In this document: piece by piece, positions 51,301 to 64,000 of the stretch
How the letters are laid out: every line of letters starts with the position of its first letter
How positions within the stretch are numbered: position 1 is the first letter of the stretch
Assembly: GCA_028534125.1 (NCBI GenBank)
Contig: CM052816.1
Span: forward strand, 12,030,001 to 12,094,000
From: Lama glama
Lineage: Eukaryota
Length of the DNA stretch: 64,000 nucleotides
Reading direction: 5' to 3'
The notes under the pieces: model-generated
Told to the model about the DNA's origin: nothing
The model's input: the letters and a program-made list of their open reading frames with translations, nothing else
Databases searched by the model: none
Translations under genes and position numbers: made by a program

Positions 51301-52710
51301 TTTTCCCTTGTTTCCTTGTAGTCTAAGTACCTAGGGGGTTACTCCTGGGTTGGCTTAAGCCAATTACTAGTCGAACATGTGACGCTTCCTTAAACAGATT
51401 TTCACATTTTACCACTGGAGGTCTGTGTGGCTTGGAGGCTGCTAGCACAGTTCACGAAGTTGGCACTGTGTAGTCCCATGTTCAGCCAGGGCCTGGTGGT
51501 TTGAAGGCTCCCTCTCCGATCTTTCTTGAGAGGGCACAGCCTTTGACATGGACACAGTCCTCCAGACCCCCAGGGGTGAGTGCGAGTTCAGTTCTAAGCC
51601 TGGCTTTCTAGGAGGTGCCCCTGACTCAGAGTAGGTCCTTGTTCAGTGTTTGCTCAGAGATTTAAACCTAAGCTGACAGAGAGACTTCTGAGGCTTCTAC
51701 ATGCAGCTTTCAATTCTGGCCACTTCCTGCTCTTTGTGTTCGTGTGAGTGCAGCCTCATGCACTTCTGGACAGCCTCCCTGACCCCTGAAGTGGGCTGTG
51801 ATCCCACAAGAGCTCATCTTAGCTTTCTATTTCCCTGGTACTGTCTGCTAAACTTCTGGATGCTTTGCTGTTTTGCTTCTTTCATGGAGTGAGCATTCTC
51901 CTCTTAATTCCTTTCTGCCAAGACTGCCATGTTTTTGGATGGCACATTTAGTCCTGGAGTTCTCAACACTTCACTCTAAGTCAAGTCAGCCCTCTCAGGT
52001 AGAAATGGGAAGAATGGGTAGGAATTTGGGGAAGAAACCCTGTACCCCTGCACCACGGCTGGGAACAGTGGCTTGCTTTCCTGGAATGACCCTTACTTTT
52101 CCTAGAGGTGAACCCTGTGGGCGATGGCAGCCCCTGGACGTCTCAGCCTACACCTTCCATCATGGTCATGGAACATTTACCCTGTAAGCAAGCTGGGGCA
52201 GGGACCATCAGGACCCATTATTCTTGGTCTGATGTACTGGAATAGAGTTTCTGTCTCACAAGTGAGAGCTGGGCTGGGGAAAGCAGACCTGATCACCTCT
52301 GCCATGCCTTCTGGAAATACAGCTTCTGCAACACAGCACAGGGTGGGGATCAGGGAGGGTGACAGCCTTCCTTCCCCTCTCAGGGTCTAACTGTAGCCTC
52401 AAACTGGGATGAGAAGGAGAGTGAGATCAGGTCTCCTTGGCTTCACCTGCCTGGAGTACATAGAGCACATGGGTGGGTAGGGTTTCCAAGACACCACCTG
52501 GGGGCCAGAAAGGAAAAGCTCAAATGCCACAGAATGATTGTTCTGAGATTTAGTAGATTCTCAAGGGTATTTTTTTTCATGTGCTGTGTGCCCTTAGCAC
52601 ATTTTCCTAAGACTTAAAGTGATTTTTAAAAATAAGTTTTACCAATAAAATTGTAGTTCTGTTAGGATAGGGTCTATCCATCTCTGTACTTTATCATGCT
52701 GAAACTCCTC
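51300..52710 (-). mobile_element. Old L1M 5' region (antisense)
   Basis: GC-richer block contiguous with the antisense L1, ending in motifs typical of L1M 5' ends (catgtgctgtgtgcccttag...tatcatgctgaaact). Confidence 0.5.
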
Positions 52711-53689
52711 CTCTACCCCAGCTCCCTGATGATACGGATCAAACTCCCCATGTCTCATGGGAATATGGGACTTACTAAAGTGTTTAGAGAGAAAAAGAAT
52801 CTATTTCACATATTCACAGCAGGATTCAAGTGGAAAATTTCAGATACTGTGTCTGGATGAGCATCTCCTACATTATAGAAACTAGATTCCACAACGACAT
52901 ATGAATTAATGTTTTAAAAATAAACCCTGCATTTTTGAGCGGAGAAACTACACTGATCCTGAGTTCTAATTTTCAGGGTTAAACTGTTAAATGTAAACAT
53001 TAAAAATGAATTATAATTTTTGAAACTCTAGTTTGGGGTTTCTTCATCCTTTAACATGCCAGGGTTGCTTAAATGAGCGAGGTGACCTGGGCCTTGCTCC
53101 ATCTTTGAGGTGGTCTGTGGTCCTATTGCCCTTTCCGTATAGCAGTTTTGTTAGATGGTAAGGTCTTTGAGGTCAAACATCCATTTCCGGGATAGGGACA
53201 ATTTGCTTCATTTATTTATTCCCTAGTGTTTTGCCCACAATTGTTTCTCCATAGCGACTTCAAGAACACATGCTGTAACTGCCTTGAAGATAATCTGAGT
53301 GTCTCGGCTGGTTACACTGCCTTAGTTTACAATGACAGCAGCAGAAGCTAGAGAGAAAATTACTTTTCTTCCTCGCAATTTTGGTGATATTTGTGATGAC
53401 ACAATTGACGTTAGATGTAGAAATTATCCAACTATGTGAGGAAAAAATGAAGCCATCTCAATAAAATGAAAAATATTCTGATATTCTTATGCAGTATGAC
53501 TGGGACATAAAACATTCTGAGATAGTATGCTTTATACCTCTTGTTCTCTTTACGTATATACTCACATGCGCACATATCCACATATCTCTATATAAATGGG
53601 CAACAAACTCTTATGGAAAGGATGAATCACTGGAAAGAAAAATGCCTCCACTCTTGTCTGAGACGTGCAGTGGACACTATACTTGGAGT

Positions 53690-53836
53690 AAGGTTGCCAG
53701 ATAAAATACAGGATGCCCGATTAAATTTGAATTTCAGATAAACAACAAGTAATTGTCTTAGAATGAGTATAAAGTGTATATTTAGTATAAATATATCTCA
53801 CACTGTGCTGGTAATTCTGCAAGAGTGGCAACTCTA
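53690..53836. mobile_element. MER53-like hAT MITE (one palindromic arm largely lost)
   Basis: aggttgccagataaaatacaggatgcccgattaaatttgaatttcagataaacaac with terminal tggcaactct. Confidence 0.75.
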
Positions 53837-54319
53837 AGCTAGAGACAAAGACAGAATAGAACCACAATATTTGAAACAGCCATGTGAGAATGGGTGAGGG
53901 AAAACACACGAAAAGTGATGCACATGCTGTGACTGACACATAGTAGGTGCTCAGTTAATGCTAGCTTTGAACGTTCCCCAGGTGGGTAGGGTACATGGGA
54001 TTCCCTCCTCTCCCACTCTCTTGGGAGGAAAAGAGAAGGTTGGGAAATCCCAAAACAAAATTACAGAACTCTGGCATATTTTAAATATTTATATTTAAAA
54101 TGAACACCTGCAACACCTTTAAAGCCCCGGGTGATGTGTTATTTATAATTACAAGATTTTTTTTCAATATTCATTCACAAGGCTTGAGGTACTGTGTAGT
54201 CCAGTGAGTGTTAGAAGTTTAAAACTGGCTGACAACCTCCTCCTCCAACATTGTCATTTGATCATTTTGACTGTTAAATTCACGTGGCCCCTACTGAGTA
54301 TAGGGCTTGGGTTGCTAAC

Positions 54320-54425
54320 AGGCTCCATTCTAATGTCACATATGAGGAAACTGAGGTCTAAAAGTGTAATATGTAGTCCAGGCTCAGAAAGCCAGAAATG
54401 ACGGCACAGGGATTGGAACAGGGGA
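54320..54425 (-). mobile_element. MIR fragment
   Basis: atgaggaaactgaggtctaaaag...gggattggaac. Confidence 0.55.
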
Positions 54426-54426
54426 T

Positions 54427-54615
54427 CAGGGCCTGCTTCGGGGCGGAGGTCTGCGCAGCCACACAGGGCCCCAAGTTCAGAAGGGTTGTGGGCTTGAGTT
54501 TTAAGGCTTTTCAGTCACTGTCTTGGAATTCTTAAGAATTCTGCCTTTGAATCTGCGTTTTGTATGTCAGTGGGACAACGGACCATGCCCTCAGGGACTT
54601 AAGAGTCTCAGCTGT
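54427..54615 (+). mobile_element. MER45-like hAT (Tip100) fragment
   Basis: cagggcctgcttc...gcagccacacagggcccc...cagaaggg...gtcttggaattcttaa. Confidence 0.7.
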
Positions 54616-54892
54616 TACTCAGCTTTTCCTCCTACCACCGCCACAGAAGGGGTTCTTGGCTGCCTCTTTCTCCACTCGCTGGATTTAATATCAGCCAAAT
54701 CACTCAGCATTTTCCTTAAAAAGTTTTTTATCCCCTTACATTGTGTTGGCAGCTGAGTGCAATGCAACATTACAATTGTGAATGAGGCAACAATGCCTCC
54801 CACTCAGGTGTGTGATAATCACTAGGCTTGCTCCGTTAGTCCTCAGACGTCAGTTTGGTTAATTCACTCATCTAAGTGAAAATTTTGTCACC

Positions 54893-57800
54893 TGGGAGGA
54901 GATCAGGGTGGCAGAGTAAGAGGGCATAGAGTTCACTTCCCCCCACAAACACGTCAAAACTACCTCGACATGAGGAACAATTCTCACTGAAAACTAACTG
55001 GAAACTGGCAGAACTTCTGAACAACTAAGGCTATAATAAAGATCCACACGCAACTGGGTAGGACTGGAAGAAAATCCATTGAGTCAAGACCTGTGCCCAT
55101 GGGAGGGGGACTCAGAGGAAAAGGGAGGCTGTGCCCACGCACTTGGGGAGTGAGTGGGTTGAGCCACAGACTGGCCATCCTAGTCCTGGGGTCCTACGTG
55201 GAGGAGACAAGCCCCCTCAGCTGGTTGGAGGATGCCTGAGACAGATAAAAGTCTTGAGAAGCCTGGATTCCACTCACGAGGAACCCATTTGCACTGGCTT
55301 ACCCTGGAGGCAGGGCGGAGAGAGCTCTGCCCTAGAGTCTGTGGGGTTTCCTGCAACCACCTCCCCCGGATGTCAGAATGAACTGAGCGAACGCTCCGAC
55401 CTCGCTCACCCTACACCACAGCACGGCACTGGATCTGGGGCAGTCATGTCCCGGGGAAAGACTCACTGGGGATGGAGAGGTGACCCGATCCCAGGGTGGA
55501 GCCTGAGTGAGGCAGTGGTGGCCATTGCTGGCACTTACTCACACAGCACCCCAGAAGCAGCCTAGATTTCTGACAGCAGACACTCTGCCACAGCTCATCC
55601 CCCAGTACTCGCAGAGAAACCACATAGGCCCCTCCTCCTCTGTGGAAGTTTCACAACAGGGCGGGAAGTCAGCAGAGGCTGGAGACAGTGATTAGCGGTG
55701 AGAAACAAAAGGGCTCTTGCCCCTGAGGCAGGGCTCCCCACGGCCGCTCGCCATACACCCTGGCCCAAGCTGAGTGAATACTCCGCACTCAGTCCACGCC
55801 GCAGAGCAGTACTGGATCTTGGGTGCCAGAATCAGGGAGAATACTTCACAGTGGGCTGCATGCTCCACAGGCAGCGCATCTGACCTCTGCACGCACATAG
55901 GCCCATGTCTTCATCACTTTACTCCTCTGTGGCAAAGTTCTGATGTGGGGAGAGGGAACACACACACACTTAAAGGGAACAGAGCCAGCTTGAGTCTAAC
56001 CCTCAGGGATTCTGCTCCAGTAACTTGGAACAGGACCCTGACCCTGACAGGGCAATGACAGGCACTGAGTCCTGCCTCATACCCGATACTAACTCCAGCC
56101 TCGCTATCTCCAGCACCACCCCTTGCCAAGGCGACAGCTGCCATCACAACCTGAGAAAGGATGTGACTGCTGTCTTGATGAAATCCAGCCTGCCCACCAA
56201 AGGCTGTCTGCATAAAGATGCTCCCTCATAAGAACACACCTTCAAGATGGCAATAGGTAACTCTTGCATATAAATCCACAGAGGTAGAGAAAGTTTAGTA
56301 CAGTGGAAAGGCAAAGAGACTACTCTCAATTGAAAGAGCAAGAGAAAATCCCAGAAAAAATAAATAATGAAACAGAAATAAACAATTTACTAGATAAAAA
56401 ATTCAAAACCCTGGTAATAAAAATGGTAACTGAACTAGGAAAATAATTGATTTAGAAGCTAAATATTTTAACAAGGAACTAGAAAATATTTTTTAAAAAG
56501 ACCCAATCAAAAATAAAAAATTCAATTATCTGACATAAAAAAAGACACTACAAAGAATGAAATGCAGACTAAATACATAAGCCATCTGGAGACAGAATAA
56601 CGGAAATCACCCATCAGAATAGCAGACATACACAAATGAAAAAAAAAAAAAGCAAAAGCAACATATGAGATATACAGAACATTAAATGTGCCAACTTTCA
56701 CATTACAGGGATTCCAGAAAGAGAAGAGAAAGAGAAGGGTATTAAAAATGTATTTGAAGAAACTGTGGCTGAAAACTTTATAAACCTAAAGAAAGAAACA
56801 GATATCCAGGTAGAGGAAGCACACAGGGCTCCCAAAAATATGAACCCCGAAAGACCTACACTATGACATATCATAATTAAAATGGCAAAAGTTAAATACA
56901 AAAATAATTCTAAAGGCAGCAAATGATAAAGAAAGAGTCATATGCAAGGGAATCCCCATAAGGCTATCAGCTGATTTCTCGATAGAAACTTTGCATGCCA
57001 GAACAGAGTGACATGATTTATTCAAAGTGCTTACAGGGGGAAAAAAAAAACCCAACCTACAATAGTCTACCCAGAAAATTGTTATTTAAAATTGAAGGAA
57101 AGATAAGGAACTTCTCAGACAAGCAAGAACTGAAAGAATTCATCAATACTAAACCTACTCTAAAGTAAATGTTTCAGGGTCTTCTCTAAAAAGAAAAGAA
57201 TCCATAGAAAAGGAGAAAATCCCACTTAAAAAGGCAAATTTATAATAAGGACTGAGGATCAACCTTATTACTTAAGTACTTAAATAAGCTAGTACATAGA
57301 TTATAAGGCAAAAAATATAAACGTAATTATAATTATAATAAATAGTAAAGAGCTAGGCAATAAGATGCAAAATGTGACATCAAAAACACAAAATGTGCAA
57401 GGAGGGAGTAAAAAAGTAGATCATTTAGAATGTATTTGAACTTAAAATGACTATCAGCTTAAATCAAGTAAATATAATTATGTGTCAGCATAACCCCATG
57501 GTAATCACAAATCAAAAACCTGTAACAGATACACAAAAACCAGAAAGAAAGGAACCCAAGCATACTACTAAAGAAAATCATCAAAACACAATGGGAGAAA
57601 CAAGAAGTAAACAGAAGAGAATTCCAAAAACAAATGGCAAACGAGTAACAGAATCAGAGTAAGTACATACCTAGCAATTATTACTTTAAATGTCAATGGA
57701 CTAAACGCTTTGACAAAATGACAAAAGGTAGCGGACTGGATAAAAAAACGAGACCCTTCAGTATGCCGCCTGCAAGACACTGACTTGAGTGCTAACAACA

Positions 57801-60800
57801 CACAAAGATTGAAAGTGAAAGGAAGGAAAAATATATATCATGCAAACAAAAAAGACAGGAAAGCTGGGGTAGAGATATTTATGTAAGACATAATAGTCTT
57901 TAACACAAAAGCTATAACAAATGACAATGAAGGGCATTAGGTAATGATAACGGGATTAATACAAGAAGAGGCTATCATACTCATTAACATATACATACCC
58001 AATTCAGGACCACATAAATATACCAAGCAAATGCTAACAGACAAAAAGGGAAAAGTTGACAATAATACAGTAACAGTAGGAGACTTTAGCAGACCACTGA
58101 TAGCAACGGACAGATCATTCAGAATAGTGGTCTTAAATAACATAGTAAACCAGTTGGACTTAATTGATATCTATAGGATATTACATCCAAAAACAGCAGA
58201 ATATACACTCTTTTCAAGTACACATGTAACATTCTCCAGGACAGATCACATACTAGGTCACAAAACAAGCCTCAACAAATTTAAGAGAATAGAAATTATA
58301 TCAAGCATTTTTTCTGACAAAGGTATATAATTAGAAATCAACTACAGGAAGAAAAATGGGGAAAAAAAACACAAACATGAAGAGGCTAAACAACATGTTA
58401 CAAAACACCAGTTGGTCAATGATGAAATCAAAAAGAAAATCTGAAAATACCCCAAGACAAATCAAAATGGAAACACAACTTTCCAAAATCTATGGAATAC
58501 TACAAAAGCAGTTCTAAGAGGGAAGTGCAGAGCAATACAGGCCTTCCTCAAGAAACCAAAATCTCAAATAAACAACTTAACCCATCATCTAAAGGAATTA
58601 GAAGAAGAACAAACCATGCCCAACGTTAGCAGAAGGAAGGAAATAACAAAGATCAGAGAGGAAATAAGTAAAATAGAGATTTTAAAAAACAGAAAAACTC
58701 AATGAAACCAAGAACTGGTTTCTTTAAAAGATAAAACTGATAAACCTTTAGCCAAGCTCACCAAGATAAAAAGTGAGAGGATGCAAATAAACAAAATAGG
58801 AAATGAAAGAGGAGAAATAACAAGTGATACCAAAGAGATACAAAAAAAATGAGAATCCTGTGAGCAGTTATGTGCCAAAAAGTAGGCAACTTAGAAGAAA
58901 TGGACACATTTCTAGAAACATACAATCTTCCCAACTGAATAAGGAAAAAACAGACAGTCTGAACAGACTAACCACTAGCAGTGAAACTAAATTTGTAATT
59001 AAGAGCTCCCACCAAGCAAAAGTTCAGGACTGAATGGCTTCACAGGGGACTTCTACCAAGCATTTTAAAAAGAACTAGTGACCTATCCTTCTCAAACTGT
59101 TCCAGAAAATTGAAGCAGAAGGAATACTCCCAAATTCACTTGACTAAGCCTCATTTACCCTGATACCAAAAGCAGACAAAAAACACTACCAAAAAAAAAA
59201 AAAGGAAAGAAAAGAAAAGTATATGACAATATGTTTGATGAATATAGATGCAAAATCTTCAACAAATTGTTAGGGAACTATATCTAACAATACATATAAA
59301 GGATCATACACCATGATCAAAGTTGGATTTATTTCAGTGTCACAAGGATTGTTCAGCATACACAAATCAATCACTATGAGACACCACAGCACATTAACAA
59401 AAAGAAGGATAAAAGTCACATGATCATCTCAATAGATGCACAAAATTCAAAATCCATTTATGATAAAAACTCTCATTAAAATGAGTCCAGTGGAAACATA
59501 TCTCAACATAAGAATGTCCATTTATGACAAACTGACAGCCAATACAATACGCACTGGAAAAAAGCGGAAAGCCCTCATGCTGAGTTCAGGAACAAGACGA
59601 GGATACCCACTCTCACTGCTTCTATTTAACATAGTATTGGAAGTCCAAGCCACAATAGTCAGACAAGAAAAATAGATAAAAATGTATCCAAACTGAAAGG
59701 AAGGTGTTAAAACTGCCTCTATTTGTGGGTGACATGATACTCCATATATCCTCAAGTCTCCACATAAAAACTACTTGAACTCTTAAATAAATTCACAAGG
59801 TTTCTGAATACAGCATTAACAAACAGAAATCTGTTATATTCCTATGCACTAAGAATGAATGATCACCATAAGAAATTAAAAACAATTCCATTTAAAATCA
59901 CATAAAAAATACCTATTAATAAACTTAGCTAAGGATGTGAAAGATCTATACTCTGGGAACTATAAGACAGTGATGAAGGAAACTGATGATGATTCAAAGA
60001 AAAGGGAAGACATCCTATACTCTTAGATTAGAAGAATGAGTATCATTAAAACGGCCATACTACCCAAAGCAATCTACAGACTTAATGCAATTCCTATCAA
60101 AGTACTCATGACATTTTTAACTAGAACAAATAATCCTAAAATTCTTATGGAACCACAGAAACCCTGAATTACCAAAGCAATCTTAAGAAAAAAGAACAAA
60201 GGTGAAGGTAGCATGCACCCAGATTCAAAGATACAGTAATCAAAACAGCATGGTATTGGCACAAAAACAGACAATTCATTGGAACAAAATAGAGAGCCCA
60301 GAAATGAACCCATACACCTATGCCTGATTAATATACAACAAAGAAGGAAAAACTGGACAACTACATATAAAACAATGAGATTAGAACATTACCTCACACC
60401 AGATAAAAACATAAACTCAAAATGATTAAAATACCTAAATATAAGACCTGAAAGTGTAAAACTCCTAAAAGAGAACATAGGTAGAACACTCTTTCCCATA
60501 AATTGCAGCAAAATGTTTTTTTAGACATCTCTCCTAAGGTAAAAGAAATAAAAACAAAAACAAGCAAATGGGAATTATTAAAAGCTTTTGCACAACAAAG
60601 GAGACCATCAACAAAACAAAAAGACAACCTATGGAGTGAGAGAAAATATTTGCAAATGACTTATCTGACAAGGACTTAATATCCAAAATATATAAACAGC
60701 TCATACTACTCAATATCAAAATAAATAATCCAATCAAAAAATGGGCAGAAGACCTGAATAGACATTTTTCCAATTACATACAGATGGCTAATAGGCACAT

Positions 60801-61620
60801 ATGAAGATGCTCAACATCATGAATTATTAGAGAAATGCAAAATAAAATAACAATGAGATATCATCTCACACTTGTCTTCAGAATGACTATCATCAAAAAG
60901 TCTACAAATAACTGTTTGCAGGAATCTTAATTTGTGCAGTGACTATGGAAAACAGAATGGAGGTTCCTTAAACAACTAAAAACAGAACTACTCTATGATC
61001 CAGGAATTCTACCCTTGGGTATCTGGAAAAAATAAAAACACTAATTTGAAAAGATCCATGCACCTCAATGTTCCTATCAGGACTATTTACAATAGCTAAG
61101 ATGTAAAAGCAATCCAAATGCCCATCAACAAACAAATGGATAAAGTTGTGGTGTATACACACACACACACACACACATATACATACAATGGAATATTACT
61201 CAGACATAAAAAAGAAATTCTGCTGTTGCAGCAATGTAGAGGGACCCAGAGAATATTATGCTTAGTGAATTAAGTAGAGAAAGAAAAATACTGTATGATA
61301 AAGCTTGTATATATAACCTAATAAATAACACAAATGTATATATATACAAAACAGAATTACAGATACGGAAAACAAACGAGTAGTTATCACAGGGAAGAGG
61401 GGAAGGGTTTTGCAAATTGGGGGTATGGGATTAAAAGATATAAACTACTATGTATAAAAAGAGATAAGCAACAAGGATACATTGTATAGCAAAGGAAACT
61501 AGAGCCAGTATCCTGTAATAATTTTAATAGAGTATAATCTGTAAGAATACTGAATCACTATGCTGCACATCTGAAATGAATACAATACTGTAAATCAACT
61601 ATACTCCAATAAAAATAAAA
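54893..61620 (+). mobile_element. Near full-length decayed L1 (5'UTR, ORF1 ~56300-57190, inter-ORF, ORF2 ~57650-61300, 3'UTR)
   Basis: EN remnant INIYIPN...VGDF...YTLFSSTHVTFSRTDHILGHK (ORF 57944-58330). RT remnant [19 protein letters not shown] (ORF 59436-59675); catalytic motif decayed to FVGD (~59721). A-rich end. Diverged TSD aaaattttgtcacc (54879-54892) / aaaattatcacc (61617-61628). Many stops. Confidence 0.95.
61156..61177 (+). repeat. (AC)n microsatellite inside L1 ORF2
   Basis: acacacacacacacacacacac. Confidence 0.9.
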
Positions 61621-61689
61621 TTATCACCAAAATATGACAAAATATGAAATGGGAAATCAAGTTATTTTTCATCATCATTATATCTTAAT

Positions 61690-63025
61690 GATTCACAAAG
61701 CCTATCTTCAGCTCATGCCTCTCTATTGAACTTCAGACCCCTATATCCTACTGCTTAATTGAAATCTTCCCCTCCTTTGCATGTCCAAAACAGAGCCTGA
61801 TTTTTCATCTTCTCCCTGAAAGCACATGCAGCAAAATTTCCAATTCAGTAAATGCAACTCCATCCTTCCAGTCTTTCAGGCCAAAATGTTAAAGTCATCC
61901 TTGACTACTCTCTCACTCAAACACTACATATTTTCCTGGAACAAAATCTGCTTTTTCTACTTTCAGTCTATATAGAATTTGACTGTGTCACACCATCCCT
62001 GCTGCCATAAGTCTGATTCAAACCACCACCTTTTATCTCCTTGATTACTGGAACGGTCCCAACCAGTCTTACCTCTGACCTTTCCCTGAGTATCTATTCT
62101 CAACACAGCTTTAAGAATTATCTTGCTAAAATCTAATCAGGTCATTCTTCTGCCCAGCACCTTGTATTGGCTTCCACCTTATTTAGCATAAAAGCCAATG
62201 TTTTTACTCTGAAGTACCAAGAACTACAAGTCTTACGTTACCTGGCCTCCCATTAACTTTCTGACCTTTATATCATGTTATACTGCCTTCTGCCCATTTT
62301 ATTTCTTGGGCTACAATGCTTTTCCTGCTGTTCTTCCAACATACTAGGCATGTTCCCTTGTGAACTTGTTACTCCCTATTCCTAGAATACTGTTTCTCAG
62401 CTCCCTTATTGGTAATCCTCACCAAATACCAACCTCTTCAGTATTTCATATCTTTCTTCCCTGATTGATCTTTTCTCTTCAGCATTATGACTCTATAACT
62501 GCTTTAAACTGAGTATCTGTGGTCCCTTAAAATCTCTATGTTGAAATCTAAAGCCAATGTAATGGCATTAGGAGGTGGGGCCTTTGGGAGCTGCTCAGGT
62601 CACGAAGGTGGAGTCCTCATGTATAGGGTTGGTGCCTTTATAAAAGAGACCTCACAGAGATCCCCCACTCCTTTTGCCAGGTGACGATGCAGTGAAAAGA
62701 CAGCCGTCTGTGAACCTGGAAGCAGGCTCTCGCCAGACAATGAACTTGCCAGTGCCTTGGTCTTAAACTTTCCATCCTCTAGAACTGTGAGAAATACCTG
62801 TCTGTTGCTTATAAGCCACCAGTCTATGGTATTCTTTTATAACAGCCTGAACAAACTAAGACAGTAACTTGTTCATTATTTCTCCCAACAGAATGAAAGC
62901 ATCATGAGGGTAGAATTTACTTTTTTTGTTTTATTTACTACCATATTCTCAAACACTAGGAACAGAAACACTCAATAAAAATCACTCAAGGAAACACGCA
63001 ATAAGCAGCTGCTCAATAAATGAGG
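61690..63025 (+). mobile_element. L2, interrupted by MLT1A
   Basis: ccatccttccagtctttcaggccaaaa...gtcatccttgact; resumes with gaatgaaagcatcatgagggtag...ctcaataaa. Confidence 0.75.
62500..62863 (+). mobile_element. MLT1A-like solo LTR
   Basis: atgttgaaatct...ttaggaggtggggcctttgggag...ccagtctatggtattctt...aactaagaca. Confidence 0.85.
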
Positions 63026-63680
63026 CATCATTGTCATCATCATCCTCATCCTTATCAGCATTTCCATGTGTGTGGGTATTTTCCTTCGATTTCTAGCTGT
63101 GTGGTGCCTCCCTCCTTATTAATATATTTGCTTCTTTTTTATTTTACATTTTATCCTTTCCAGAAACAGACTGACAAAAATCCTTAAGTGTACTCAGCTT
63201 TTTTCTACCCCAGTGGTCAATGGTACAATGGCAGTAGCTCTAATTACCTCCCTAGAAAATTACCTCCTTAGTGTGCAGATCTGCTTCTGTTTCTGGTCCT
63301 CCAGGCACAAAAACATCAAGAAAACAAAGTTAATTAGGCACTTCAGAGTCTACGCGATTGCTTGACAAAATCAAGCCAGAGGATTTCCATTTACCCTGAA
63401 GGTTGGTGGAGTCAGTTTCTGTGCGTAGTGATTCAGAGATAAACTGGTACAAAATGATGCTAATCAAGCTATCATTGAAAGGCAATTCAGCCATGAAATG
63501 GATGGTCTGCCCTTCTGTCTGGAGTGAAGGCTGCTGGCTTGCTGTTGATGATTCCCAGTCTTCCTGAAAGAGGACCGACTCTGCCTTAACCCCAAGGATT
63601 TTCTTCTCCCAGCCTGCTGGACTTTCCACTTGACAGGAGTTAATAAATGAGAATCATGTTAAGTTAGAACATATGTAGAA

Positions 63681-63895
63681 CAGCAGTTCTCAACCAAGAC
63701 CCATTTTGTCTCCAAAAGTACATCTGGCAATGTCTGGAGACTAGTTCTCACAACTGGGACCACGGCACTGGCATCTAGTGCGTGGTGACCAGGGATGTTG
63801 CTAAACAGCCCATAATGCACAGGATAATCTGCCACAACAACAACAAAAATTATCTGATCCATAATGTCAGTTATGGCTCAGCTGAGGCATGTTGA
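63681..63895 (+). mobile_element. MER20-like hAT MITE
   Basis: cagcagttctcaacc...ggcaatgtctggagac...ggcatctagtg...ccagggatgttgctaaaca...aatgcacagga. Confidence 0.85.
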
Positions 63896-64000
63896 TGTAG
63901 AAGAATCCTATCTTGGGTCTACAAATATTACCCATATCGTGTGACTTAAAAGCAACATGTAAGAATAAGAGTCACCGCTACCTTCACTTGGCTTCACTTC

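Noticed and set aside
53690..53836. MER53-derived miRNA hairpin
   Set aside because: The right palindromic arm is largely missing, so the long stem cannot form.
54984..56341. Cluster of overlapping 60-144 aa ORFs
   Set aside because: They lie in a GC-rich L1 5'UTR, where stops are rare; the same applies to 42971-44578 and 51701-52390.
1..64000. Host protein-coding gene, tRNA/rRNA gene or CRISPR array
   Set aside because: No ORF resembles a host protein I recognise. The tRNA-like boxes belong to SINEs. There is no regularly spaced repeat-spacer array, and the DNA is mammalian.

Overview
Mammalian, repeat-dense genomic DNA, most likely camelid (alpaca/llama/camel), judged from two tRNA-derived SINEs that resemble the camelid Vic-1 family. 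I recognise no host protein-coding gene, RNA gene or CRISPR array. Most ORFs in the track are chance ORFs, retroelement debris or artefacts of a 500-N gap (32535-33034). The window holds ancient MIR, L2, MLT1 (MaLR), ERVL-LTR and hAT MITE fossils. It also holds a decayed ~3.2 kb ERV-L internal region (minus strand: pro-RT-RNaseH/IN-dUTPase), a near full-length decayed L1 (54893-61620) and a young open L1 ORF2 3' segment beside the gap. Most worth follow-up: (1) a mosaic L1 at 40505-47281 that joins two L1 5'/ORF1 halves, a captured ~590 bp CpG-island-like block, a third 5'UTR fragment and one ORF2/3' end; (2) a probable twin-primed L1 whose missing half should lie in the gap; (3) well-formed minus-strand splice and poly(A) signals suggesting an unannotated spliced transcript; (4) a TAATTGG homeodomain-site cluster; (5) a possible hAT transposase fossil. 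Repeat family names come from recalled consensus motifs, not a database search. Boundaries are approximate unless target-site duplications (TSDs) are quoted. I cannot demonstrate a novel biological system from the sequence alone.
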